From Gammaproteobacteria bacterium (GTDB taxonomy: Bacteria; Pseudomonadota; Gammaproteobacteria; GRL18), in the NCBI GenBank assembly GCA_027076245.1, contig JALTKC010000492.1, positions 1 through 36,466 on the forward strand: a stretch of DNA of 36,466 nt, written 5' to 3'. This document shows positions 8,274 through 16,788 of the stretch, piece after piece. Numbering within the stretch: the stretch's first letter is position 1; each line of letters begins with the position of its first letter. Under the pieces are notes generated by a model that ran no database searches, was not told the origin of the DNA, and saw only the letters and a program-made list of their open reading frames with translations. Position numbers and translations under genes: made by a program.

Positions 8274-8314
8274 GTGAAATCGATAATTTCTATAAAACAC
8301 ATAGGTAATAGTCT

Positions 8315-9265
8315 ATGACATACTCACTGGCTAAAAATTTAATCCGTCATGTTACGCTTCGACAGTTACAGATTTTTGAAGCGGTGGTTCGCCTGGGCGG
8401 CTATACCAAAGCCGCAGAGGAGCTGCACCTGACTCAGCCCACCGTTTCCATGCAGGTAAAAAAACTCAGCGATACAATAGGTTACCCACTGCTTGAGAAA
8501 GTAGGGACCCATCTGCATACCACATCCTTTGGTCAGGAGGTGTACCTTTCTGCACAGAAAGTGCTGGGCAGTATGGTGGAACTGGGAGAAACGGCAGCGG
8601 AACTGGAAGGCGTGGTAAAAGGCCCCTTAAAAATTGCTGCCATTACTACGTCAAAATATTTTATGCCACATTTACTCGGAGTCTTTATCCATCAATATCC
8701 TGAAGTACGGCCTGTTTTACAGGTCACTAACCGTTCCAGGGTTCTGGAACGACTGCAGGCAAACGAAGATGATATTTTGATTATGGGTCAGGTGCCGGAA
8801 GAACTGGAGGTGGAAGCCTACCCGTTTATTGATAATGAACTGGTGGTGGTCGCCAATGTGGGTCACCCCCTGTCAAAATGCAAAAATATTACTCTGAAAC
8901 AATTACTTAAGGAACGTTTTCTGGTACGCGAACCCGGTTCCGGAACCCGCCTCGCCATTGATCGATTATTTGCTGAACAGAACCTTGAAATTAAACCCTA
9001 TATGGAACTGGGCAGCAGTGAGGCCATTAAGCAGGCAGTTATGGCCGGACTGGGTATTTCAGTTCTGTCCCGGCATAATTTAAGACTTGAGCTAGCACAT
9101 AATTATATTTCGGTACTGGATGTAAAAGGATTTCCCCTGTTTTTTCGCTGGTACGCTGTGCATTTAAAGGAGAAGCGTCTGTCACTGGCAGCACGGACAT
9201 TTTTACAGTTTCTGCTGGAACAGGGTAAGGATATTCTGGATGATTATTTAACCATTAAGAAGTAA
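8315..9265 (+). CDS. cbbR: LysR-type transcriptional regulator, CbbR-like
   Basis: 316 aa. N-terminal wHTH (LRQLQIFEAVVRLGGYTKAAEELHLTQPTVSMQVKKL). Divergent from cbbL across 161 bp, which is the classic cbbR arrangement. Confidence 0.85.
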   Translation: MTYSLAKNLIRHVTLRQLQIFEAVVRLGGYTKAAEELHLTQPTVSMQVKKLSDTIGYPLLEKVGTHLHTTSFGQEVYLSAQKVLGSMVELGETAAELEGVVKGPLKIAAITTSKYFMPHLLGVFIHQYPEVRPVLQVTNRSRVLERLQANEDDILIMGQVPEELEVEAYPFIDNELVVVANVGHPLSKCKNITLKQLLKERFLVREPGSGTRLAIDRLFAEQNLEIKPYMELGSSEAIKQAVMAGLGISVLSRHNLRLELAHNYISVLDVKGFPLFFRWYAVHLKEKRLSLAARTFLQFLLEQGKDILDDYLTIKK

Positions 9266-9287
9266 CCGGTTAAAATGAAGTGATGAC

Positions 9288-9313
9288 GCGGGCAGGATGC
9301 CCGCGCTCCCAGG
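9288..9313 (-). repeat. REP-like 26-nt palindromic unit, copy 3
   Basis: GCGGGCAGGATGCCCGCGCTCCCAGG, in the same orientation as copy 2. It lies between the convergent cbbR and channel gene stops. Confidence 0.75.
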
Positions 9314-9349
9314 AGGGAAATAACATACCTGGAAGAAAGAGCAGTAACC

Positions 9350-10156
9350 TTATTTGTTCTGCTTAAGGTTATCTTCCAGCAGCTTTCTTAAAGCCCGTAT
9401 TTCTTCCTGCAGTTCGGTATTGGACGGCTCCGGTACTTTGTTTTTTAATACCGCTTTTTCGTGTTCTTCATTCAGTACATTGACCACCACACCAATAACC
9501 ATATTTAAAAAAGCAAAGGCGGTAAAAAATATAAAACTTAGATAATACATCCAGCTTAAGGGATAAACCTCCATGGTTTCATACTGTACATCGGTCCAGT
9601 CCTCAAATGTCATTACTCGGAACAGAGTCAGCATGGATATGGCAATATCCCCCCATAATTCCTCATTAATACTTGCAAAGAAGGTACTGCCGACGGCGGC
9701 ATAGATATAAAAAATAATAAACATCAGAGCAATAATATAGCCCAGTTGCGGCATGGCCTTAAGCAGGGAATTAAGCAGGATTTTTAATTCCGGTATTATA
9801 GAGACCATCCGCAATACCCGGAAAATACGGATTAAACGCCCAACCAGCGCCAGTTCACTGTCCTCAATCGGGATCAGACTCATGATCACAATCAGGGAAT
9901 CAAAAATATTCCAGCCCTGTTTAAAGAAATCTCTTTTTCGCTCTTCTGCCAGGAAGCGGATAATGATTTCTATTAAAAAAATACCGGTAATCAACCAGTC
10001 CAGAGCATGAATTAACCAGAGAGTACGGGGAGAAATATCAAAAGTTTTGGCACCGATTACCAGAGCCGAGAAAATAATAATAAAAATAACAAAGGATTCG
10101 AAAAACTTGTTACTGCGGATCCGGGCAAAGGTTTGAGTAAGACTTGTGCTGTTCAT
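9350..10156 (-). CDS. Single-domain voltage-gated cation channel (BacNav/NaChBac family)
   Basis: 268 aa with six TM segments. S4 reads RLIRIFRVLR, with Arg at every third residue. The pore loop is LTLFRVMTFEDWTDV. A C-terminal coiled coil is present (ELQEEIRALRKLLEDNL). Confidence 0.85.
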   Translation of the reverse strand: MNSTSLTQTFARIRSNKFFESFVIFIIIFSALVIGAKTFDISPRTLWLIHALDWLITGIFLIEIIIRFLAEERKRDFFKQGWNIFDSLIVIMSLIPIEDSELALVGRLIRIFRVLRMVSIIPELKILLNSLLKAMPQLGYIIALMFIIFYIYAAVGSTFFASINEELWGDIAISMLTLFRVMTFEDWTDVQYETMEVYPLSWMYYLSFIFFTAFAFLNMVIGVVVNVLNEEHEKAVLKNKVPEPSNTELQEEIRALRKLLEDNLKQNK

Positions 10157-10165
10157 GGTATTTGC

Positions 10166-10202
10166 TTCAACAGTTAAACGGGGGATGAATTATACTGTTG
10201 AA
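10166..10202 (-). other. 9-bp perfect hairpin between the gspE-like stop and the channel start
   Basis: TTCAACAGT (10166-10174) and ACTGTTGAA (10194-10202) flank a 19-nt loop. It ends 9 nt before the channel ATG. Confidence 0.4.
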
Positions 10203-10233
10203 AACCATTTATTGAAACGACTGGTTGATTTTA

Positions 10234-12015
10234 TTAACTCATGGGTACTGGCGTGACCCGTAAAACTTCTTCAATGGTGGTAATGCCTTTGGCTACTTTC
10301 TGGGCTCCGGCCAGACGCATGGGTTTATAGCCCTCCCGAACGGCCTGACGGCGCAGAGTGTCCAGTTCGGCATTCTGGCTGATCAGGTGTTTTAAGTCCC
10401 GGCTCAGCGGCAGCATTTCAAACAGGCCGACCCGTCCCATAAAGCCGGTATTGCGACATTCGATACAGCCCACCGGTTTATAAATTTTCTGTGGCGGCTC
10501 ACTTTTCCAGGGGCGCACCATATCCACCCAGACATCAGTATCCACTTCAGTTTCTTCCTTACAGTGCGGGCATAGGGTTCTGACCAAACGCTGGGCCATA
10601 ATGCCAATAATACTGGAGTGGATAAGATAGGTGGGCACACCAATATCCCGTAAACGAACAATAGCCGACAGGGTATCATTGGTATGCAGAGTGGTCAGTA
10701 CCAGATGGCCGGTTAAGGAGGCCTGTACCGCCATTTCTGCGGTTTCCCGGTCACGGATCTCCCCTATCATAATAATATCGGGGTCCTGACGCATCAGGGT
10801 ACGCACGCCCTGGGCAAAGTCCAGGTCGATATTCTGTTGAACCTGCATCTGGTTGAATTTCGGCTCAATCATTTCAATGGGATCTTCCACCGTGCAGACA
10901 TTGACTTCCGGTCTGGCCAGCCGTCGCAGGGTGGTGTAAAGCGTACTGGTTTTGCCGGAGCCGGTAGGACCGGTGACCAGAATAATGCCATTGGGCTGTT
11001 TGATCATATTTTCCCAATGCTGTTTTTCCTGTTTGCCAAAGCCCAGCGAGGCAAAATCTTTGGTCAGTACTTCCGGATCAAAAATCCGCATAACCAGTTT
11101 TTCACCAAAGGCGGTAGGCATGGTGGACAGGCGCAGTTCTATTTCCTGCCCGGCCGGGGTACGGGTTTTTATCCGGCCATCCTGGGGACGACGTTTTTCT
11201 GAGACATCCATCCGGCCCAGTATTTTTATCCGGCTGGATACTGCATTCATCACCGCTGCAGGAATTTCGTACACTTGCTGCATAATGCCGTCAATACGAA
11301 AACGCACATTGGCCTGTTCCCGTCTCGGTTCCAGGTGAATATCGCTGGCACGCTGTTCAAACGCATACTGCAGCAGCCAGTCCACAATTCTGACAATGTG
11401 GTTATCATTGGCGTCCAGATTTCCGGCACGGCCCATTTCAATAAGCTGTTCCAGATTCTGAATACCCAGAATTTCATCCTCACTCTGGTATCTGGCCTGG
11501 GTTACTGAGGAGGAAACACTGTAGAACTCTACCAGATAATGGGCAATGTCATCGGGGTTAGCCAGCACCAGTTCAACTTTTTTATTGTTGATCCGTTCAA
11601 TTTCGGCAATCCACTCCGTCTGAAACGGTTGGGCTGTGGCCACATAAACCCGTTCGGCATGTACTTCAACGGGCAGCACATTAAAATTGCGGGCATAGGA
11701 AAAGGACATTAAGGCGGTAATGCTGTGCACATCCACGGTCAGCGGATCAATGCGCATGGTTTTTATACCCGTTAAACCTGACAGCCATTGGGTCAGTTCA
11801 TCCAGCGTAATCAGTCGTTCAGGATGCTGGCCGTTCTTCCAGCCCCGTTCAGTTATCACCAGAAACGGATGCTGACTCCGATACTGGTCATTTTTATCCA
11901 GCGCCCGCAGCACCTGAGCATTTTCCTTGCTGACTATACCATCCAGCACCAGTTGATCCAGCACCTTGTATAAATCCAGTTTTCCATCCGCTTGTGTTAA
12001 TTGGCTTATCTGCAT
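10234..12015 (-). CDS. GspE/PilB-family secretion or pilus-assembly ATPase with no partner genes nearby
   Basis: 593 aa. Walker A GPTGSGKTST, Walker B IIMIGEIRD, His box TGHLVLTTLHTN, and a CPHC...CIEC tetracysteine motif. The N-terminal domain is T2SSE_N-like. No GspF/PilC, pilin or secretin gene lies nearby. Confidence 0.9.
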   Translation of the reverse strand: MQISQLTQADGKLDLYKVLDQLVLDGIVSKENAQVLRALDKNDQYRSQHPFLVITERGWKNGQHPERLITLDELTQWLSGLTGIKTMRIDPLTVDVHSITALMSFSYARNFNVLPVEVHAERVYVATAQPFQTEWIAEIERINNKKVELVLANPDDIAHYLVEFYSVSSSVTQARYQSEDEILGIQNLEQLIEMGRAGNLDANDNHIVRIVDWLLQYAFEQRASDIHLEPRREQANVRFRIDGIMQQVYEIPAAVMNAVSSRIKILGRMDVSEKRRPQDGRIKTRTPAGQEIELRLSTMPTAFGEKLVMRIFDPEVLTKDFASLGFGKQEKQHWENMIKQPNGIILVTGPTGSGKTSTLYTTLRRLARPEVNVCTVEDPIEMIEPKFNQMQVQQNIDLDFAQGVRTLMRQDPDIIMIGEIRDRETAEMAVQASLTGHLVLTTLHTNDTLSAIVRLRDIGVPTYLIHSSIIGIMAQRLVRTLCPHCKEETEVDTDVWVDMVRPWKSEPPQKIYKPVGCIECRNTGFMGRVGLFEMLPLSRDLKHLISQNAELDTLRRQAVREGYKPMRLAGAQKVAKGITTIEEVLRVTPVPMS

Positions 12016-12152
12016 ATTAAATAGTGGCTATCCCGGTTTGTACCTGTAAAAGTAATTTTCCAAGGATAGCAGAGAAAAAATGGAAAATCTCATAAAATGA
12101 ACTACAGTTTAAATTGACATAAATCAATAAATACATCAATTAATAAAAAACG

Positions 12153-13043
12153 ATGAATTTGAAACCTATTATCATTTTATTTTGTTTAATTATCTTGGGG
12201 CTGTTCTCTGCTATTGCCTGTGCTGCCGGGGAAAACCGCCTTATTGTTGATGTTAACTGGCTGAAACAATATAAAAACCAGCCTGATGTGGTGGTTATTG
12301 ATGTCCGATCCGCCCGGTTATACCGTCAGGGACATATACCCGGTGCGGTAAATATCCCTGTTTCTGAGACCTTTAATCCGGTTAAAAATACCGACCGGGT
12401 GGCCAATATGACCCACATACAGCAATTATTCAGCAATGCAGGTCTGAAGCCCGACAACACTCTGGTGCTTTATGATGCCGGCAGCCATATTGATGCCGGA
12501 CGGACTTTCTGGGTATTTGAAGTATTTGGACATAAAAAAGTCAAATTATTAAGCGGCGGTTTTCCTGCATGGACACTCAACAAAAACAATCCTGTCAGTA
12601 AAAAAACACCCGAAATCACTAAAACTCAATACATTCCTCAACTGAAACCAGAACGAATGATTACCCGCTTGAGTATGCAGCTGGCTCTGGAAAACAGGGA
12701 TCGTATTATTATTGATGCCCGCAGTAAAGAGGAATACCTGGGCAAAAAGTCCATTGCTTCCCGCGCAGGCCACATCCCCGGCGCTATCAATATCCCGTGG
12801 GACCAAAATTTTACCCGCAGTAATGGTATCGAACAACTTAAATCCATAGACGAACTTAAAGCACTATACAGTCCACTGGATAAAAATAAAAAAATTTATT
12901 TATATTGTAATAAGGGAAAGCAGTCATCTTTAAGCTACCTGGTATTAAGGCAGCTGGGCTATGATGTGGGCCATTATGATGGTTCCTGGTTTGAATGGGG
13001 TAATAATCAGTTTTTACCTATTGAAAAACAGGCTAATCCGTGA
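12153..13043 (+). CDS. Periplasmic tandem-rhodanese sulfurtransferase
   Basis: 296 aa. Signal peptide MNLKPIIILFCLIILGLFSAIACA. Two rhodanese domains, the second with the active-site loop YLYCNKGKQSS. Confidence 0.85.
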   Translation: MNLKPIIILFCLIILGLFSAIACAAGENRLIVDVNWLKQYKNQPDVVVIDVRSARLYRQGHIPGAVNIPVSETFNPVKNTDRVANMTHIQQLFSNAGLKPDNTLVLYDAGSHIDAGRTFWVFEVFGHKKVKLLSGGFPAWTLNKNNPVSKKTPEITKTQYIPQLKPERMITRLSMQLALENRDRIIIDARSKEEYLGKKSIASRAGHIPGAINIPWDQNFTRSNGIEQLKSIDELKALYSPLDKNKKIYLYCNKGKQSSLSYLVLRQLGYDVGHYDGSWFEWGNNQFLPIEKQANP

Positions 13044-15472
13044 TGAAAAAGTTAAAGCTTTCTTTACACTCAATCAAGACCCGGCTGGCAATAGTGAACT
13101 TTGTGGTGTTGCTCTTGCTGATCAGTTTTATTTTTTTTCATACCATGCAGAGTAATGTCAACCGTTTAAAAACTGAACTGGAAAACAATGTTGATGCTTA
13201 TGTCAACTTTATCAGCCAGGATCTGGTTAATATTATGGTTTTTGATTCCATAGATACGGCATCGGATCTCACTTCCCGTTTACAGTATTTTAGCCAGATA
13301 GAGCAACTTGTGGTGTACAACCAGCAACATCAAGGCGTGTTCTATTACCATGGGGAAAACCAACAGAATATCGACCCAACCCCAAAGACCTGGGAACCTT
13401 ACAGCCAATATGATGAACACACCTATATTAGTTTAAGACCACTCCTATACCAGGGACAACCATACGGTTATGTCTATATTCATGTCTCTACGGCAAACAT
13501 CGAACAGGCTTTAATAAATTTCAGGCAGCAGGTGGTTGCCCTGATTATTGCACTGTTTATTGCGTCTGCCCTGCTGACACTGTTATTTAACTATTTTGTA
13601 TCCAGCCCCCTGACAACCCTTCTGAATGCATTAAAACAGATCAGTAAAACAGGCCGTCTGGAATACCCTGTCACCAGTCAACGCAAAGATGAAATCGGAG
13701 CCTTATTTAATGGCTTTAATGAGATGCAGCAGGTCATTCAAAAGACTAATCAGGATTTAAAAAACCAGAAATATGCTCTGGATGAACATTCCATTGTGGC
13801 GGTGACTAATCTTGACGGGGATATTACCTATGTCAACCAAAAATTTATTGATTTATCCGGGTACTCAAAAGAAGAACTGCTGGGTCAGAATCATCGATTA
13901 ATTAATTCCGGAAAACACCCCAGAGACTTTTTCAGAAAAATGTATAAAGCCATTACGGCTGGTAAGGTATGGCATGGGGTTATCTGCAATAAAACAAAAA
14001 GCGGGCAACTATACTGGGTGGAAACCACAATTGTCCCCTTAATGGGCACTGACGGAAAACCAAAAAGTTATATATCTATCCGCACAGAAGTCACACAATT
14101 GATCGCCGTACGGAAAAAGGCTGAATATCTGTCCCGTCACGATGTTTTGACAGGACTGCCCAACCGTTTTCAGGTAGAAGAACATTTAAAACGCGCCATA
14201 GCACGTGCCCGCCGTAACAGCAGCATTTTAGCCATGATTTATATGGATCTGAATAAATTTAAAGCCATCAATGATACCCTGGGACATGAAATCGGGGATA
14301 AAGTTTTAAAAACCGTTGCCAAACGGCTGTCAGACTGTTTTAGAAAAACAGACTTTCTGGCTCGTCATGGCGGGGATGAATTTATTGCCATAATTGAAGA
14401 TGTTCACAATGAAATTGAATTATCCCATTTGTTTAACAAAATCATTCAGACTATTGAAGAACCCATTTTTGTAGCTGATAAACAGCTTTATATCGGCATC
14501 AGTATGGGCATCTCCATATACCCAACTGATGCCCAGGATTCAAAAACCCTGTTTAGCCATGCTGATTTTGCGATGTATAAAGCTAAAGATAACCACCATT
14601 CCAATTATCAGTTTTATACTAAGGATTTAAATGAAAAAGTTCTGCGGCGTTATACCCTGGAATCCGACTTAAGAACCGCCCTGAATGAAGATAAACTGTA
14701 TTGTGTTTTTCAGCCAAAGGTTAATATCCACACTAAAGAAGTCATGGGTGCCGAAGTCCTTATCCGCTGGCCGCAGGAAGACGGCAGTTTTATATCACCT
14801 GCGGAGTTTATTCCAATAGCAGAAAGCTGCGGACTGATTAATAGTATCTGGGAGATTGTCCTCAACAGCGCCATTAAAATGATTAAGGAGCTGGAACGCC
14901 TGAAAATCACATTACCTCTGGCCGTTAATGTTTCACCCATTCAGTTTAATTACGGCTCTCTGTGCAGGGACATTATATCCGCACTGGATAACCATACTTT
15001 GTCTATGCACAATCTGCAGATTGAGATCACTGAGGGCTTACTGATTGATAACAATACCAAAGCCAGGAATACTCTAAATAAGCTGTCCAGACAGGGAATA
15101 CTGATCGCTATTGATGATTTCGGCACAGGCTACTCCTCATTAAAATACCTTAAGGAGTTTCCAATTCATTATGTTAAACTGGATCTGTCATTTATCTCCG
15201 GCATCGGCTTTAATAAAGATGATGAAAAGCTCATTCAAACCATGATAAAAATGGCCAGAAGTCTGGGCAAAAAAGTCATTGCCGAAGGTGTCGAAAACCA
15301 GCATCAGCTTGATTTTCTTATACAGAACGGCTGCCATTATGCACAGGGCTATTTTTACAGCAAACCACTGAAGGCAGAAGAATTTATCACCTATGCCAGG
15401 AGCCATCCAGTTGAAGTTATTAAACATTCCCCTTTTCAGCCATATATTATTAAGCCTTCCAACAGTTCCTGA
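13043..15472 (+). CDS. Membrane sensor with periplasmic domain, HAMP, PAS, GGDEF and EAL domains (c-di-GMP turnover)
   Basis: Two TM helices flank a ~130-aa periplasmic domain. These are followed by HAMP, PAS, GGDEF (RHGGDEFIAI) and EAL-type (EVLIRW, QIEITEG, DDFGTGYSSL) domains. ATG 13043 overlaps the rhodanese TGA (TGATG); GTG 13040 is an alternative start. Confidence 0.9.
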   Translation: MKKLKLSLHSIKTRLAIVNFVVLLLLISFIFFHTMQSNVNRLKTELENNVDAYVNFISQDLVNIMVFDSIDTASDLTSRLQYFSQIEQLVVYNQQHQGVFYYHGENQQNIDPTPKTWEPYSQYDEHTYISLRPLLYQGQPYGYVYIHVSTANIEQALINFRQQVVALIIALFIASALLTLLFNYFVSSPLTTLLNALKQISKTGRLEYPVTSQRKDEIGALFNGFNEMQQVIQKTNQDLKNQKYALDEHSIVAVTNLDGDITYVNQKFIDLSGYSKEELLGQNHRLINSGKHPRDFFRKMYKAITAGKVWHGVICNKTKSGQLYWVETTIVPLMGTDGKPKSYISIRTEVTQLIAVRKKAEYLSRHDVLTGLPNRFQVEEHLKRAIARARRNSSILAMIYMDLNKFKAINDTLGHEIGDKVLKTVAKRLSDCFRKTDFLARHGGDEFIAIIEDVHNEIELSHLFNKIIQTIEEPIFVADKQLYIGISMGISIYPTDAQDSKTLFSHADFAMYKAKDNHHSNYQFYTKDLNEKVLRRYTLESDLRTALNEDKLYCVFQPKVNIHTKEVMGAEVLIRWPQEDGSFISPAEFIPIAESCGLINSIWEIVLNSAIKMIKELERLKITLPLAVNVSPIQFNYGSLCRDIISALDNHTLSMHNLQIEITEGLLIDNNTKARNTLNKLSRQGILIAIDDFGTGYSSLKYLKEFPIHYVKLDLSFISGIGFNKDDEKLIQTMIKMARSLGKKVIAEGVENQHQLDFLIQNGCHYAQGYFYSKPLKAEEFITYARSHPVEVIKHSPFQPYIIKPSNSS

Positions 15473-15519
15473 TATAATTGTCTTTTTGTTTAACCACACT
15501 CTTTTAGCAGGGAGCCACA

Positions 15520-16095
15520 GTGGCGCAATTGCTACTTTTTAACAAGCCTTACAATGTGCTCAGTCAGTTCACTGACCGTAATGAACAATACGCAGCCGAT
15601 CGAAAAACTCTCTCTGACTATATCAATATCAAAAAAGTTTACCCTGCCGGTCGTCTGGATCGAGACAGTGAAGGCTTGTTACTGCTCACTGATTCCGGTG
15701 CCCTGCAACACCAGATAGCCCATCCCGGGCATGGTAAGGAAAAGTCCTATTGGGTACAGGTGGATGGTGCCATTACTGAGCAAGCAGTTCAACAATTAAG
15801 GCAGGGCGTTAAGCTAAAAGACGGCCTGACCCAGCCGGCCAGGGCCCGTATCATATCAGAACCGAAGATCTGGCCCAGAACCCCACCGGTTCGTTTTCGA
15901 AAGGCCATCCCGACCAGCTGGATAGAACTGACCATCTCGGAAGGTAAAAACCGTCAGATACGCCGTATGACGGCGGCAGTCGGGTTCCCGACCCTGCGCT
16001 TAATCCGCCACCGCATTGGACAGTGGCAGCTAAGAAATTTACAGCCGGGGGAATATATTGTTTTAAACGTCCAGGTGAATAATGGCTATCGTTAA
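15520..16095 (+). CDS. rluE: 23S rRNA pseudouridine synthase, RluE-like
   Basis: 191 aa. RsuA/RluE core AGRLDRDSEGLLLLT, with no N-terminal S4 domain. GTG start with an AGGGAG SD. Confidence 0.8.
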   Translation: MAQLLLFNKPYNVLSQFTDRNEQYAADRKTLSDYINIKKVYPAGRLDRDSEGLLLLTDSGALQHQIAHPGHGKEKSYWVQVDGAITEQAVQQLRQGVKLKDGLTQPARARIISEPKIWPRTPPVRFRKAIPTSWIELTISEGKNRQIRRMTAAVGFPTLRLIRHRIGQWQLRNLQPGEYIVLNVQVNNGYR

Positions 16096-16161
16096 TCCTA
16101 TATAAATCAGTAGAATCGTAAAAAACAATAGCCAGGTAATAAACCGACCGTAATATGACTA

Positions 16162-16170
16162 TGGTATAAT
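16162..16170 (+). promoter_or_regulatory. Extended -10 element TGGTATAAT
   Basis: TGnTATAAT ends 6 nt before ATG 16177, and no SD lies in between. Confidence 0.45.
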
Positions 16171-16176
16171 CTGGTC

Positions 16177-16785
16177 ATGACTTTTTACCGTATAGCACCT
16201 GTTTTCTTCTGCATAAGCCTGTCTCCCGCTCTCCTGGCAGACACATTTGTTTCTGAACAGATTATAAATAACCCCAATCGTTCTCAATTTTCAATGTGCC
16301 ACGGTCAGGGCTGCAAGGAAGTGGAACAATTATCTCTCAATGACCAGGAGTGGCAGAAAATCTCTGCGCATTTTCAGCCCCCGGCTCAATCTGCCCTACA
16401 GGAACGTCAGCAAATTGCCCTGGCCATAGCAGAGTTTGAAAAAATTGTTGGTGCCAAAACAGGTACCGATCGGGATAAAGCCCGCCTGTTTGAACATATG
16501 GGTTCTCCCGGTCAGCTTGACTGTATTGATGAATCCACCAACACGACTGTTTATTTAATGATTTTAAAAAAACACGACTTATTGCGCTGGCATGAACCCA
16601 TGGATCATGTCACCCGTGGTTTTTTTATTTTCGGCTGGCCGCACAGCTCAGCCGCCATGCGGGAAACCAGACACCCCGAACGTGAATATGCTGTGGATTC
16701 CTGGTTTGAAGATAATGGCAAGCCGCCCCATATTATTCCCCTTGAACAATGGCGTGATGGCTGGGAACCACAGGACAAAAGCTGA
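16177..16785 (+). CDS. Hypothetical secreted protein (orf202)
   Basis: 202 aa. N-terminal signal-like segment FFCISLSPALLA and a CHGQGC motif. No family recognised. It sits between rluE and mnmA. Confidence 0.6.
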   Translation: MTFYRIAPVFFCISLSPALLADTFVSEQIINNPNRSQFSMCHGQGCKEVEQLSLNDQEWQKISAHFQPPAQSALQERQQIALAIAEFEKIVGAKTGTDRDKARLFEHMGSPGQLDCIDESTNTTVYLMILKKHDLLRWHEPMDHVTRGFFIFGWPHSSAAMRETRHPEREYAVDSWFEDNGKPPHIIPLEQWRDGWEPQDKS

Positions 16786-16788
16786 TTT

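Noticed and set aside
8154-8314. Specific CbbR T-N11-A operator calls in the cbbL-cbbR intergenic region.
   Set aside because: T-N11-A occurs trivially often in this AT-rich 161 bp. Apart from the TTAAAC-N6-GTTTAA palindrome, I could not single out a convincing dyad.
10234-12015. N-terminal domain of the GspE-like ATPase as a bona fide MshEN c-di-GMP receptor.
   Set aside because: Only one partial copy of the 24-residue motif is present. The RLG triad and the terminal Q are missing, and the second repeat is absent. I report this only as a weak possibility.
12114-12142. Perfect TTGACA -35 hexamer upstream of the rhodanese gene as a promoter.
   Set aside because: No acceptable -10 hexamer lies at 16-18 nt spacing (CAATTA or AATTAA at best), so I left it uncalled.
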